DNA of 64,000 nt from Leptogorgia sarmentosa (taxonomy: Eukaryota): NCBI GenBank assembly GCA_964658305.1, contig OZ210885.1, positions 19,282,001 to 19,346,000 on the forward strand, given 5' to 3'. The notes beneath the pieces are model-generated. The model saw nothing but the letters and a program-made list of their open reading frames with translations. It was not told the origin of the DNA and searched no databases. Shown in pieces: positions 51,286 to 61,403 of this stretch; positions within the stretch are counted from its first letter, which is position 1, and each line of letters begins with the position of its first letter. The translations under genes and the position numbers were made by a program.

Positions 51286-51304
51286 AGGGCCTTGGCTCGG
51301 CCAG
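51261..51304 (+). promoter_or_regulatory. Programmed -1 ribosomal frameshift signal (gag to pro)
   Basis: G GGA AAC in the gag frame, followed within ~6 nt by hairpin TGGTCGAGCTA..TGGCTCGGCCA; protease ORF is in the -1 frame. Confidence 0.8.
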
Positions 51305-51968
51305 TGTGAAAAGTGGGAAGGCCCCTATGGAAATAAAAGTTTGCGGTGGAACATTAAAGGTATCTGGATTCATTAACAATACGCCCTGTCAGTTCGTGGT
51401 AGACACTGGTGCTGACGTGACCATACTGAGTTCTCGAGTGTTTCATAAAGTGGATTCTGCCGCATCAGTGAAACATATGTCTACTGATGGAGTTATAAGA
51501 GGCTTGGACGGACAAATAATCCCCGTTATCGGACAAGTCGCTCTGGAAGTTGCGCTGGGTGAAACGGTTTCTACAATGGATGTATGGGTTGCCCATATTC
51601 AAGAAGAGTGTATCCTCGGTGCGGACTTTTTGAAGAAGGAGGGTTGCATTATTGATTATCCAAGACAGACACTTCGAATAGGCGAAACGGAAATCCCACT
51701 AAGAATGGGTGGAGAAGAGTTGAAATGTCTAAGAGTGGTCTTGGATAAAGCTGTGAAAGTGCCACCATTTACCGAAATGATCATTCCCGCTAAACTTGAA
51801 GGTGACCGAGGTGGTGTTCGATGGGGTACAACTGGTCCACCGAATTTGGTACGAAGGGACGGCGACATTGTTGTTGGCAGAACAGTTGTCGACTTGGACA
51901 AGGATTATATCCCTGTAAGAGTTGGAAATTTGTCATCCGGCCGGAAAAAAACTAAAGAAAGGAACTGA
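51273..51968 (+). CDS. Gypsy aspartic protease region of pol
   Basis: VVDTGADVT and CILGADFL motifs. Confidence 0.88.
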   Translation: MVELEGLGSASVKSGKAPMEIKVCGGTLKVSGFINNTPCQFVVDTGADVTILSSRVFHKVDSAASVKHMSTDGVIRGLDGQIIPVIGQVALEVALGETVSTMDVWVAHIQEECILGADFLKKEGCIIDYPRQTLRIGETEIPLRMGGEELKCLRVVLDKAVKVPPFTEMIIPAKLEGDRGGVRWGTTGPPNLVRRDGDIVVGRTVVDLDKDYIPVRVGNLSSGRKKTKERN

Positions 51969-54921
51969 GATAGCTGTTTGTGAAGCTGCTGCGAGTATAA
52001 CGGCCACGAACATGGCTAGCGAAGGAAAGGAGAATCTCCAAACCTCGAAGAAAGAGCCTGTACCAGACTATTTACAATCCTTGTATGAAAGTAGCACGGA
52101 AAATCTTTGTGACCGCGACAAAGAGAAGGTTGCGGAGCTGCTAGTATGTTTTCAAGATGTGTTCTCCCAGGGATTGGATGATCTTGGACGGGCGACGGGT
52201 GTGAGACACGACATTGTCACGGGGAATGCGGCGCCTGTGAAACAACCACCAAGAAGAATTCCAGTCTCCAAGCGAGAAGAAGCGTCCAAAGCCATCAAGG
52301 ATATGGAAAAGCAAGGCATAGTTGAACCGTCCACCAGTCCATGGAGCTCGCCTGTTGTTCTTGTCAGGAAAAAGGACGGCTCTACCAGATTTTGTGTTGA
52401 CTATCGTCGCTTAAATGACGTCACTCGAAAAGACTCGTTCCCACTACCACGAATTGACGCGACCCTCGACGCTCTCAATGGTGCCAGTTGGTTTTCCACA
52501 TTGGATTTGAAAAGTGGCTACTGGCAAGTTGAACTTGAATCGAGTGCGAAAGAGAAGACTGCATTTTCTGCGGGGAAAGGTTTGTACCAATTTAAGGTGA
52601 TGCCTTTCGGATTGTGCAATGCTCCCGCAACGTTTGAAAGGCTCATGGAAGCCGTGTTGGCAGGACTTCCTTGGGAGACGTGTCTCGTTTATCTCGATGA
52701 TATTATCGTTCATGCGGCTGACTTCAAGAGTCACATTAAGAATTTGCGTCTAGTATTGGAAAAACTCCGACAGGCAAATCTAAAACTTAATCCAAAGAAA
52801 TGTAAACTTTTCCAGCAGCAAGTCCAGTTCTTGGGTTACACGGTGTCGAAACATGGAATATCGGCGGATCAAGAAAAGGTGAAAGCTGTTCAAAATTGGC
52901 CACAGCCAACAAATGTTCGTGAAGTAAAGAGTTATCTGGGACTATGTACCTACTATCGACGATTTGTTCCAGGCTTTGCGAACATTGCCAAACCATTACA
53001 CCTGTTAACCGAGAAGAATGCGAGATTCCAATGGACAAACGAATGTGAGGCAGCATTTAAATCGCTGAAACAACATCTTACGAAGACCCCCACACTCGCA
53101 TATCCTGACTTCCAGAAACCATTCATTCTTGACACAGACGCCAGCAATGTAGCTATTGGTTGTGTTCTCTCGCAGATTGTCGACGGCGCGGAACGTCCTA
53201 TTGCCTACTTCAGTAAGACCCTGAGTAAACCTGAAAGTCAGTACTGTGTGACAAGAAGGGAATTGTTGGCGGTGGTTAAAGGGACAGAACATTTTCATCC
53301 TTACCTTTATGGGAATCGGTTTTTGGTAAGAACTGATCACGCTTCTCTACAGTGGCTCCTCTCCTTCAAGAATCCAGAAGGACAAATGGCGAGGTGGTTG
53401 CAGAAACTGCAGCAGTACAACTTTGATGTCGAACACCGCGCTGGAAAGCATCATGGAAACGCTGACGCCCTGTCCAGGAGACCATGTGACCAAAGCGGAT
53501 GCCGCTATTGTGAGAAGAGGGAGGTATTGGAATGGCAGTTACGGGAAGAAGACCCTCAGCATTCAGTTGTGAGCACGACTGGGCACCAGGTTGGCGCAGT
53601 TACAAGTGATCAAGCGTGTTTCGAACGTATTGGACAAGCACAGCGTTCCGATCCTGAAACCCGTTGTGTAATAACGTGGTTGGAGGAGTCGTTGACGAAG
53701 CCGGAATGGCGAAAGGTGTCCTCCTGCAGTACTGCAGTGAAGTCGTACTGGGGCCAGTGGGAGTCATTGAAACTACACGAAGGGAGATTGTACAGGATCG
53801 TGGACAACGACGTAGCTCAGAAGCTTTGGCAACTGGTTGTCCCGCAAGCATTGCGAGGAACAGTCCTTCAACAGCTTCACAACAGTCCCACAGGTGGTCA
53901 TTTTGGTGTCACGAAAACATTGGCGAAAGTTCGAGAAAGGTTCTTTTGGCCGAACTGCCGTCAGTACGTCGAAGAATGGTGCCGAAAGTGTGACAAGTGT
54001 GCTTCTCGTAAAGGACCGAGTAAACGTCAAAGAGGACCAATGAAACAATTCAATGTCGGCGCCCCGTTGGAAAGAGTGGCGGTTGATGTGTTGGGTCCCT
54101 TACCAACGTCTTCTACTGGTAACAAGTATATCCTAATCCTTGGAGATTACTTTACTAAATGGGTGGAGGCATACCCCTTAGAAAACCAACAAGCTGTGAC
54201 TGTGGCAGAAGTGATCGTAAAGGAGTTCGTTTCTCGTTTTGGAGTTCCCCTTCAGTTGCACTCCGACCAAGGACGCAATTTTGAGGCAGAGCTGTTCCAG
54301 AGAATGTGCGAACTGTTAGGAATCGACAAGACTCGAACAACCGCGTTGCATCCACAATCTGACGGAATGGTTGAGCGATTCAATCGAACTCTGGAAAACC
54401 AGCTTGCGATATTTGTCGAACAAAACCAAAGAGACTGGGATAGGTGGATACCATTTCTATTATTGGCGTATCGAACATCAATTCACGAGAGTACGAAGCA
54501 GACACCAGCATGTCTTATGTTTGGTCGAGAGGTGAGGTTGCCAATTGACCTGTTGTATGGTCGACCCCCTGAACCAGTGTTACCAAGTACAGTGGATGAT
54601 TATGTCAGTAATCTACGGGGAAAGCTAGAAGAAATCCACGAGTTTGCACGCATTCGGATGCGTGTCGCCAGCGATCGAATGAAACTCCGCTATGATGTGG
54701 GCACGACGAAAGCCGTCTTTTCTGAAGGAGATGCTGTCTGGCTACACAACCCAAAACGGAGAAAAGGTGTATCCCCCAAACTTACTTGTGACTGGGAAGG
54801 ACCTTATGTTGTTCTTAAAAGAATTAATGAACTGTTGTATCGAGTAAGGAAATCTGCGAACGCTAAACCTCGTGTCGTACATCGAAATAGGTTGTGGCGC
54901 TATCAAGGAACACTTAATTAA
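51922..54921 (+). CDS. Gypsy Pol (RT, RNase H, integrase); one frame break from the protease at an A7 run (51945-51951)
   Basis: RFCVDYR, LDLKSGYWQ, MPFGL, YLDD, DAS, TDH, HHCC, DVLGP, HSDQG, VERFNRT, GPY. Confidence 0.93.
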   Translation: MEICHPAGKKLKKGTEIAVCEAAASITATNMASEGKENLQTSKKEPVPDYLQSLYESSTENLCDRDKEKVAELLVCFQDVFSQGLDDLGRATGVRHDIVTGNAAPVKQPPRRIPVSKREEASKAIKDMEKQGIVEPSTSPWSSPVVLVRKKDGSTRFCVDYRRLNDVTRKDSFPLPRIDATLDALNGASWFSTLDLKSGYWQVELESSAKEKTAFSAGKGLYQFKVMPFGLCNAPATFERLMEAVLAGLPWETCLVYLDDIIVHAADFKSHIKNLRLVLEKLRQANLKLNPKKCKLFQQQVQFLGYTVSKHGISADQEKVKAVQNWPQPTNVREVKSYLGLCTYYRRFVPGFANIAKPLHLLTEKNARFQWTNECEAAFKSLKQHLTKTPTLAYPDFQKPFILDTDASNVAIGCVLSQIVDGAERPIAYFSKTLSKPESQYCVTRRELLAVVKGTEHFHPYLYGNRFLVRTDHASLQWLLSFKNPEGQMARWLQKLQQYNFDVEHRAGKHHGNADALSRRPCDQSGCRYCEKREVLEWQLREEDPQHSVVSTTGHQVGAVTSDQACFERIGQAQRSDPETRCVITWLEESLTKPEWRKVSSCSTAVKSYWGQWESLKLHEGRLYRIVDNDVAQKLWQLVVPQALRGTVLQQLHNSPTGGHFGVTKTLAKVRERFFWPNCRQYVEEWCRKCDKCASRKGPSKRQRGPMKQFNVGAPLERVAVDVLGPLPTSSTGNKYILILGDYFTKWVEAYPLENQQAVTVAEVIVKEFVSRFGVPLQLHSDQGRNFEAELFQRMCELLGIDKTRTTALHPQSDGMVERFNRTLENQLAIFVEQNQRDWDRWIPFLLLAYRTSIHESTKQTPACLMFGREVRLPIDLLYGRPPEPVLPSTVDDYVSNLRGKLEEIHEFARIRMRVASDRMKLRYDVGTTKAVFSEGDAVWLHNPKRRKGVSPKLTCDWEGPYVVLKRINELLYRVRKSANAKPRVVHRNRLWRYQGTLN

Positions 54922-56499
54922 AACAATTAACGAACTTTATTCGGGACGAATAAATTAAGGAGGGGGCAATGTGGCGTGACATGCTCCAAGTATTATGTAA
55001 ATATGTAAATAGTCTAATTGAATTGCCAATTAGGTGTACACTTGTATAAATAGGTGTTTTGCTTGTAATAAAGTTTTTGTTGTGAAACTCATGTTGGGCT
55101 AGCACGTTACAGTACCATGCTCAAAATTGCTGAAGCGCCTCTCATCTTGCCATCAGGTGAAACGCTTACCGAGACTTCCGAATGTGAAGATGTTCAAGAA
55201 GCTACAACCAATGAGACAGAAAATAACAGCGAAGAAGAGGATAACAACCCTAATGGAAGAGAAAATACTGCTGGAGAATACGATTCCGAATCTGACAAAG
55301 AAAAGTTGGTGCTGAAACAAACTTTTTGATGGGTACCAGTTCAAGATTTGGCAGGGTCATCAGATTCAATAATCGTCTGCTCTTTTGACTGGTAAATACA
55401 TTTTTCAAATATGAAATGCTAAGTCAAGTGCAAGACTTTGGTTATTAAGTCAGTGCATGATGCCAGAGTGTTTTCTATAACAGTGTAAAGGCTGTAAACA
55501 ATCTTGTTTTCTTCCTATTTAGATGCGGTAACACTTCATTGGAGCATTAATAAAAGTACACATGCAAGAGCAAATAAGAAGAGATTATTGGCATAAATTA
55601 ATAACAATAATTTATACAAAACGTTTAAAATTAGCAAAATTAACATAACGTAAAGCGTAATCGTAATTTAGAACGCAATTGAGGCGCGAATATGCACATT
55701 AGATTTAGTGATTTTTCTTGCGTGACATATATCCAAAAACAAATTGGCGGGAGCGGGAATCCGGAATTGTGGGATATGACAGAAAATTTAGCAGGATATC
55801 GGGATTTGTGAGCCTGGTACAGAGCCCTCCTACTCGACCTCGTTCAATAATTGTTTAATATTAAATATATGCATGGTTACATAGCTACAGCTATTTGTCA
55901 TACAGTAGCGACATTTGACATAAAACAAAAGTTCATTTGGAAAGCCCCAGAATGTAGAAGAGATTTCGAGCATTCTGTTTCATTTTTCTCGTTCTATTGG
56001 TAAACTTCATTCAACGTTGGTAAAATTCAGACCAATTTTCAAACATTCGTGAAGAATCCATTTATTTTCCCATGAAAAGTTATGCCGTCAACTCTAACCA
56101 CCACCAAATCCTTTACATAGAAGGTCACTCCATTGCAGATGTGGTCTGCAGTTGATCTTCTATTTGCCATTTTCTTCCCTGTATATAGGTGTGATGAAAT
56201 AAGACAGTTACCACAGCAGTAATGGTAAACTAATTACATATCTACAAGAGCAGTGGGTTATTTATTCTCACCTATTTTGCCATAATATACGACAGCAATA
56301 GATCGGCTTAAGTAGTTACTGATGCAGGTACATTGATCAAATTATAATGAAATAATTAATTAATTCTGTGATATCTTCTTCCACATGAGACAGCCCGTAT
56401 GCAAGCAGGAAACACCGTACTAGCCAATCAGAAACGAATTCCGATTGGTAAAGAATTACTAGAGTATAATAGAAAATACTCAAACAAATTTTTGTTCTT

Positions 56500-57405
56500 T
56501 CAGGAAAACAGTGAACATTCAGTCAAGAGAAGACGTTTCCTCATTCAAAACACAAAAAAATGGGATGTCCAGTGCAAGTTGTAGTATGTGAAGTCAGACG
56601 ATTTCCCAACTACAAGGTTTAACACTTTTTTTTTGCTTTACCTTTTTTTAAAAAGAATTCAAAGTAAAGTTATAGATTCGCTTTAGAAAGATAAGGAGAT
56701 TGTACTGAAATAATGTGAAAACAGCTAAAAAAATTCTTTTATTGATATAAACTGGTGATGCATGTATATCAATGTTCTATTAATAATATGCTGTACATGC
56801 AGGGTGAGAAAATAAAAGTCTGACACCTTTTGTCTTCGATATTCTAATTAGCAGCATAGCAGCTATAATTTGACTATTATTTGGCTAAATATCATTCTGA
56901 ATAGAGAAAAAAATGATCAACATTCCATAGATTGACCAAGATACAGCAAGAAAACGACGCACCGCTTTGGAGAAGTTAAGATCAGACTTGGCTGAAGGAA
57001 AAACTGAAGGAGAAACACGGATCTACATGGAGTTTCCCAGAAATACTGAACACGAAATCCATGCTGTTGGAGAGGTACTAACTACTTTAGAATCAATAAT
57101 TAGATCATTAGTCAATGAGAGCACAACCAATCAGAATGGAAAGTTGACGTTAACAATGTGTGCTCTATTCTGTATAGCGTCCACCTCTCTTTACGTGTTC
57201 ACATTTTTTTCATCTTGTCTCTACTGGAACTCGATACTCAATATGTTATAGTGTATAACCCATATGACATCACCTTTTTTTCCTAACCCTTTTTTCACAG
57301 GTTAGTGGTTGTTGCAGCAAATTGATCCTAGATTAATTAACGAAATAAATAGACTAAGGAGTTGTAAGTTTTGCTGAAATGAGAAGACATCTGAATAACT
57401 TTAAA
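56500..57405 (+). pseudogene. Spliced remnants resembling the CaRF/ALS2CR8 (MULE-related) domain
   Basis: IQNTKK.GCPVQVVVCEVRRFPNYK, RIYMEFP..EHEIHAVGE, IDPRLINEI..GV..EMRRHL, separated by GT-AG introns. Confidence 0.55.
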
Positions 57406-59036
57406 ACTACATTCATTTTTTCAGATTTGCATTTTCATAAGATTGTAAGGGAGGTTAGTAATCCTATTGAGATGTGTTAAGTTCTGTTTCTATCTTTCGG
57501 ATAGATTCCATGCACAACTTTGCGAAAAGGCATTTTTGATAATAGCATTCCATTCATTTGCACACTGGCACCGATCATCACATATATTTCATTGTTTGGC
57601 ACGAACATGTTCAAAATACCTGACAAAAAATTACATTGTATATATTCACACCGCTTGATGCGTTCATACTAACCCGTCCATTATATGAAAGAAATTGTAA
57701 TATATTAAGAAAGCACATATACTGAAAAAATATATAGTCATTGACAGAAAGTACAATGTTAAGTTGGATGTAATATATCCCGTTTATATAGCTCGGATAT
57801 AAACTTTTCTATAAAATTAACAGAAAATGTTTAAATCTGTTGCCAGGGAGTTTCATTTAAACACGGTTGAAATCCGAAGAAAGAGCTGCAGTTTCATTTT
57901 CAATGAGCTAATTTTGTACCTGCATCTCCGATGGTCATCTTCAGGATTTCAAACATATACTTCAACCTGAGCTTCGTCTTCATCTGCCTGCGTAACTGTC
58001 AATAGTCAAGGAAACAATTTCGATACATGGCAAAAATTTTGCATGATGTTATATAGCTAGGTTTATAATAATGGAATCTCGATAACGAGACGACATATTA
58101 TATAGAAAATATGCATGGTGATGAATACTTGTTAAATGTGTTAAGTTATTCAAACCTCTCTGAGGCTAAATGATGTATGTGAGCTACACCATACAAAAAG
58201 ACATCTGCTTTCAATTTCAATGGATGCATTGACAATGCACTGTACAGATCTTTTTGCTCCTTGCTAGAATTGAATCCTTGAGGAATCCCTGTGCTGCTAA
58301 CGAACTTTGATCTATGTAATGAAGAATACTGGTTGAAGTAAACCTGACCAGAGATTACGCGGTTCATTTTAATAACTAAACGTTTAAGAAATATAAACAA
58401 TTTTTCTTGTTGATATATTGTCGATAAATAGCTTTATGCGGAAATCAGAAAAAAGATAATTTCCAACTTTTCGCATTCATGAACTTTATATTGTCTGTTG
58501 TCATACCATTTTTTACCCACCTACCTGGAGTAGTTGATGGGTGTTCATGCATTTCCAGTTCTTCAGTGATAATTTTGTTTGCACTTGCGTGGATTCTGCC
58601 ATCACAAACCAGCTGTTTGCATACAGTTTTTATCACTCCTGCGCAGTCACCCTTTAGACACCGGGAAAAAACTCTTACAGTCATTAGCATTTACAATTAA
58701 CGTGCAGTTATTAAAACTTGTACTCTAAATGCAGTATAATTATACTTGCGTGATCAATACAAGTTCAATAATGCATGAATCAGTGTTAATAGGGGATTTG
58801 ATTTCTCACCAATGACAGCCCGGGATAAGGGACATTTCATGATATTGTGTGTAAGACAGGGGACATTTGATGGCGGTTGTTAATTAATACAGTGTTTTTT
58901 ATGCAGGTATTCGGATCCTGGACTGTGGTTCAAATAGCTGTGTCCTCATTGAGGTTGTGGATTTATGGGTGACACCATGGAGTTTGATGGTGGATGGGGT
59001 TGAATGTTATGGTAGGATGGAAGGTTGTAGTACAGT

Positions 59037-59131
59037 GAATTATATTAGAATGAATTACATTAAAAGGAATTATATTAAAACGAATTATATTAAAACGAAT
59101 TATATTAAAACGAATTATATTAAAACGAATT
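59037..59131 (+). repeat. 15-bp minisatellite, about 6 copies
   Basis: Unit GAATTATATTAAAAC. Confidence 0.95.
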
Positions 59132-59739
59132 GTCGTGTGTGTAGTACTGGCAAAACCCGGGTTTATAGTGATGTTTTGTGTGAATGCCTGGGCCATAGTG
59201 ATTGCCAATTATCACCGGGCCCTGTCCCTTGGTTTTTCGTTGAAAACTCGTAGTTATGTTTCATCAGGCCCCAAGCATAACTGGGAAAGCATGTTTCTAA
59301 CCTGCTAGCTGGTCTTGGAACGACATGCTCGCATATTGGGTGTTAGGTTTAACACAATGTAGTTGGTGTGTGAGTGTATTTACTTTTGGTGGATGAGTGG
59401 TAGGTGGTTTGACATAGTGGTTTGGAAGGATGAATGGCTGTTTGTGTGTCGGGTTATCCCGCTGCGTCGGTATGATAGATGGCAAAATAATTATGTTTGT
59501 TAACTGTGATAACGGGTAAATTAAAAACATGTTGATCCTACTTGATTCGTTCTTTGTATTGGTGGCTGCGGTGGCTCTTGTTGGGCTTTTTTTTGGCTTT
59601 TTGGAGAGGGCTCCTGTTGGCTTGTCTTCACTCTTTGGTACTTAGAGTTGGAAAGAATTGCGCCTACGTTTGCTTGCCGCGTGGTATGTAAATGATTGCC
59701 CTGGGGCTTGAATGACGTGTGAGGTGACGTGTGTCCGAA

Positions 59740-60020
59740 TACAGTGGGGGCCTGGGGTAGATTTATTGCAACGGGTTGTTGTAAGGTGGGAGCAGGGCAG
59801 TCGGGGGTCAGATTAGGGATTGGGGTTATGCTGAGGGTGTATTTAAGGGTTCGGATTTGATTGGTTAGGGTCAGATTAAGGATTGGTTTGGGGTTATGTT
59901 GAGGGTTGTGTTTAGGGGTTTGGATTCAATTGGTTGGGGTCAGATTGGATTGGGATATGGGTGAGGTGTGATTGGATTTGGATATTAATTTGATGGTCGT
60001 TGTTGGTTGGGTTCAGTTGT
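59740..60020 (+). repeat. G/T-rich degenerate 63-69 bp tandem repeat with TTAGGG motifs
   Basis: GGGTCAGATT at 59805, 59868 and 59937; TTAGGG at 59813, 59865 and 59912. Confidence 0.75.
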
Positions 60021-61403
60021 GTCGTGTGTTTCCACTTGGGATGTCCCGATATGGTGGGAAATATGGAAAGGTGAGTGGGTAAGTGGAAGCTCACATGATG
60101 ATGGAGGATGGCGGTTGATAAACGTCTATTACCTGGTGTATATCATTGTACATAGAATGGTACATAGTGATGTTGAGTGGCGGTTGATAAGTGTGTGTAT
60201 TGGTGAGGATGATTGATGACGGTGGATAAACTTGTGATGATTTTTAGTAACCTGTGATTGAGTGTTGGAATTCTAATTGATGCGATGTTGAAGTGTTGTG
60301 AATATGGTCGTGTGTGGTGATGATTCGATCGAATTAAGTGGCTTATGGATGAGTGTGTGGTTGTTGGATGGAAGCGATTTTGAGTGAAGCTGAAGAAAGG
60401 GTGAGACTCAATTGTTGTTTTTTTTATTATTATTATGACATCTATCTATTAGTTGTTTACTTTGGTGAATCGCGTGTTTCTGTTATAGTGGGTCGATGTG
60501 TACTTGTGTGAGTGTTAACCTGGTGACTGATGCCTGATTTCTACAGTTCTACTAATGGCCGAGCTCCCCGTCACGAATGGTCCTAAACAAAGGATGTGAC
60601 CGAGGGTCTGGTGAGATCTGACAGGTGATATACAGTGTGAGGGCCTGTGGAATATAAGTTCCACCGTGTATATATTTGTGGGTTTGGAACTGTGTCCTGG
60701 TTGGTGTTCCAAGGATCGTTTTAGCCATCGAGTTGTTGATGGAATTTCTGGGGCTCTTAATACGTATCCCTAAATATTGTTCCTTTAACAATGCCATTTA
60801 AAGGTCAATTTCGCATGATTCATGGTCCGCTGCGCATATAACCGTTATTGGGCCAAACCACAACATTATACGCATGGTCAATGAAGCGAAAAAATAATTT
60901 AAATTTGCAAATACGTGGTAGGAGAAGTGAAAATCTTTCACTATCATCTATGAATATATTAAAACATCATATTAGGAACACATGTAAATGAAGGGGTCGT
61001 TCCCCTTTTGAAAAGGAACAGCTATTTAAACGGAACACATTGTTCCGTTTCAATTGAAGTTGTTCCGCACCGCCTATGTTCCGAAATTCGGAACGCTTTA
61101 ACAAATGTTCATTAAGGAACAATAATAATTGGAGTTCCTTTATTTAGGAACAAAACGTTCCGCCCTTGCACATATAATAGGTGTTAAAGTGGAACGATTT
61201 GTTCCCTTTTCTTGGTCCCTTTTATTGTTCCCTTTGGTTGTTCCCTTTTATTGTTCCCTTGTGAAGGAAGCAATGTCATGAACAATACATCTCTCACAAT
61301 GCAGTGCCTTAGGCTGTTAATAAGAAATTCAATTTATGCAGTTTGCATAAGTTGTTGTTATAAAAGCCAAGGTACTTTTGCTCGCAAACATTTTATCGTT
61401 TAT

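Larger units (their letters stand above)
49591..55111 (+). mobile_element. Full-length young Ty3/Gypsy LTR retrotransposon
   Basis: 142-bp LTRs 49591-49732 and 54970-55111 with one difference seen, TSD GTAC, PBS TGGTAGCAG (iMet-like), PPT AAGGAGGGGG. Confidence 0.97.
47670..55329 (+). pseudogene. Degraded NHL-repeat-containing protein, probable resident gene of the 7569-55828 element; split by a Gypsy
   Basis: IIFTDPDKHRI, VFAGS..PGNQDG..FYQPTGI..VYVCDS NHL-type blades, then LNGP.G.V..KT, NLLSCMTLDVENLH, SWYP, TVRQETTMAKAGTLP; frame GYMYRT|MLKIAE rejoins across the GTAC TSD. Confidence 0.65.
7569..55828 (+). mobile_element. Large TIR DNA element of unclear superfamily, inflated by nested insertions
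   Basis: Left end AGGGGCCTGTACCAG, right end reverse complement AGGGCTCTGTACCAG (13/15); CCTACTCG duplicated at 7561-7568 and 55829-55836; excision restores the host hairpin repeat. Confidence 0.8.

Noticed and set aside
7569..55828. Polinton/Maverick or endogenous virus
   Set aside because: No protein-primed polymerase, capsid or packaging ATPase; the length comes from nested insertions.
58957..59253. ORFs with NYIKT or NIIRF repeats
   Set aside because: Translations of a 15-bp minisatellite.
59740..60020. True telomere or interstitial telomeric array
   Set aside because: Only three isolated TTAGGG hexamers, not tandem.
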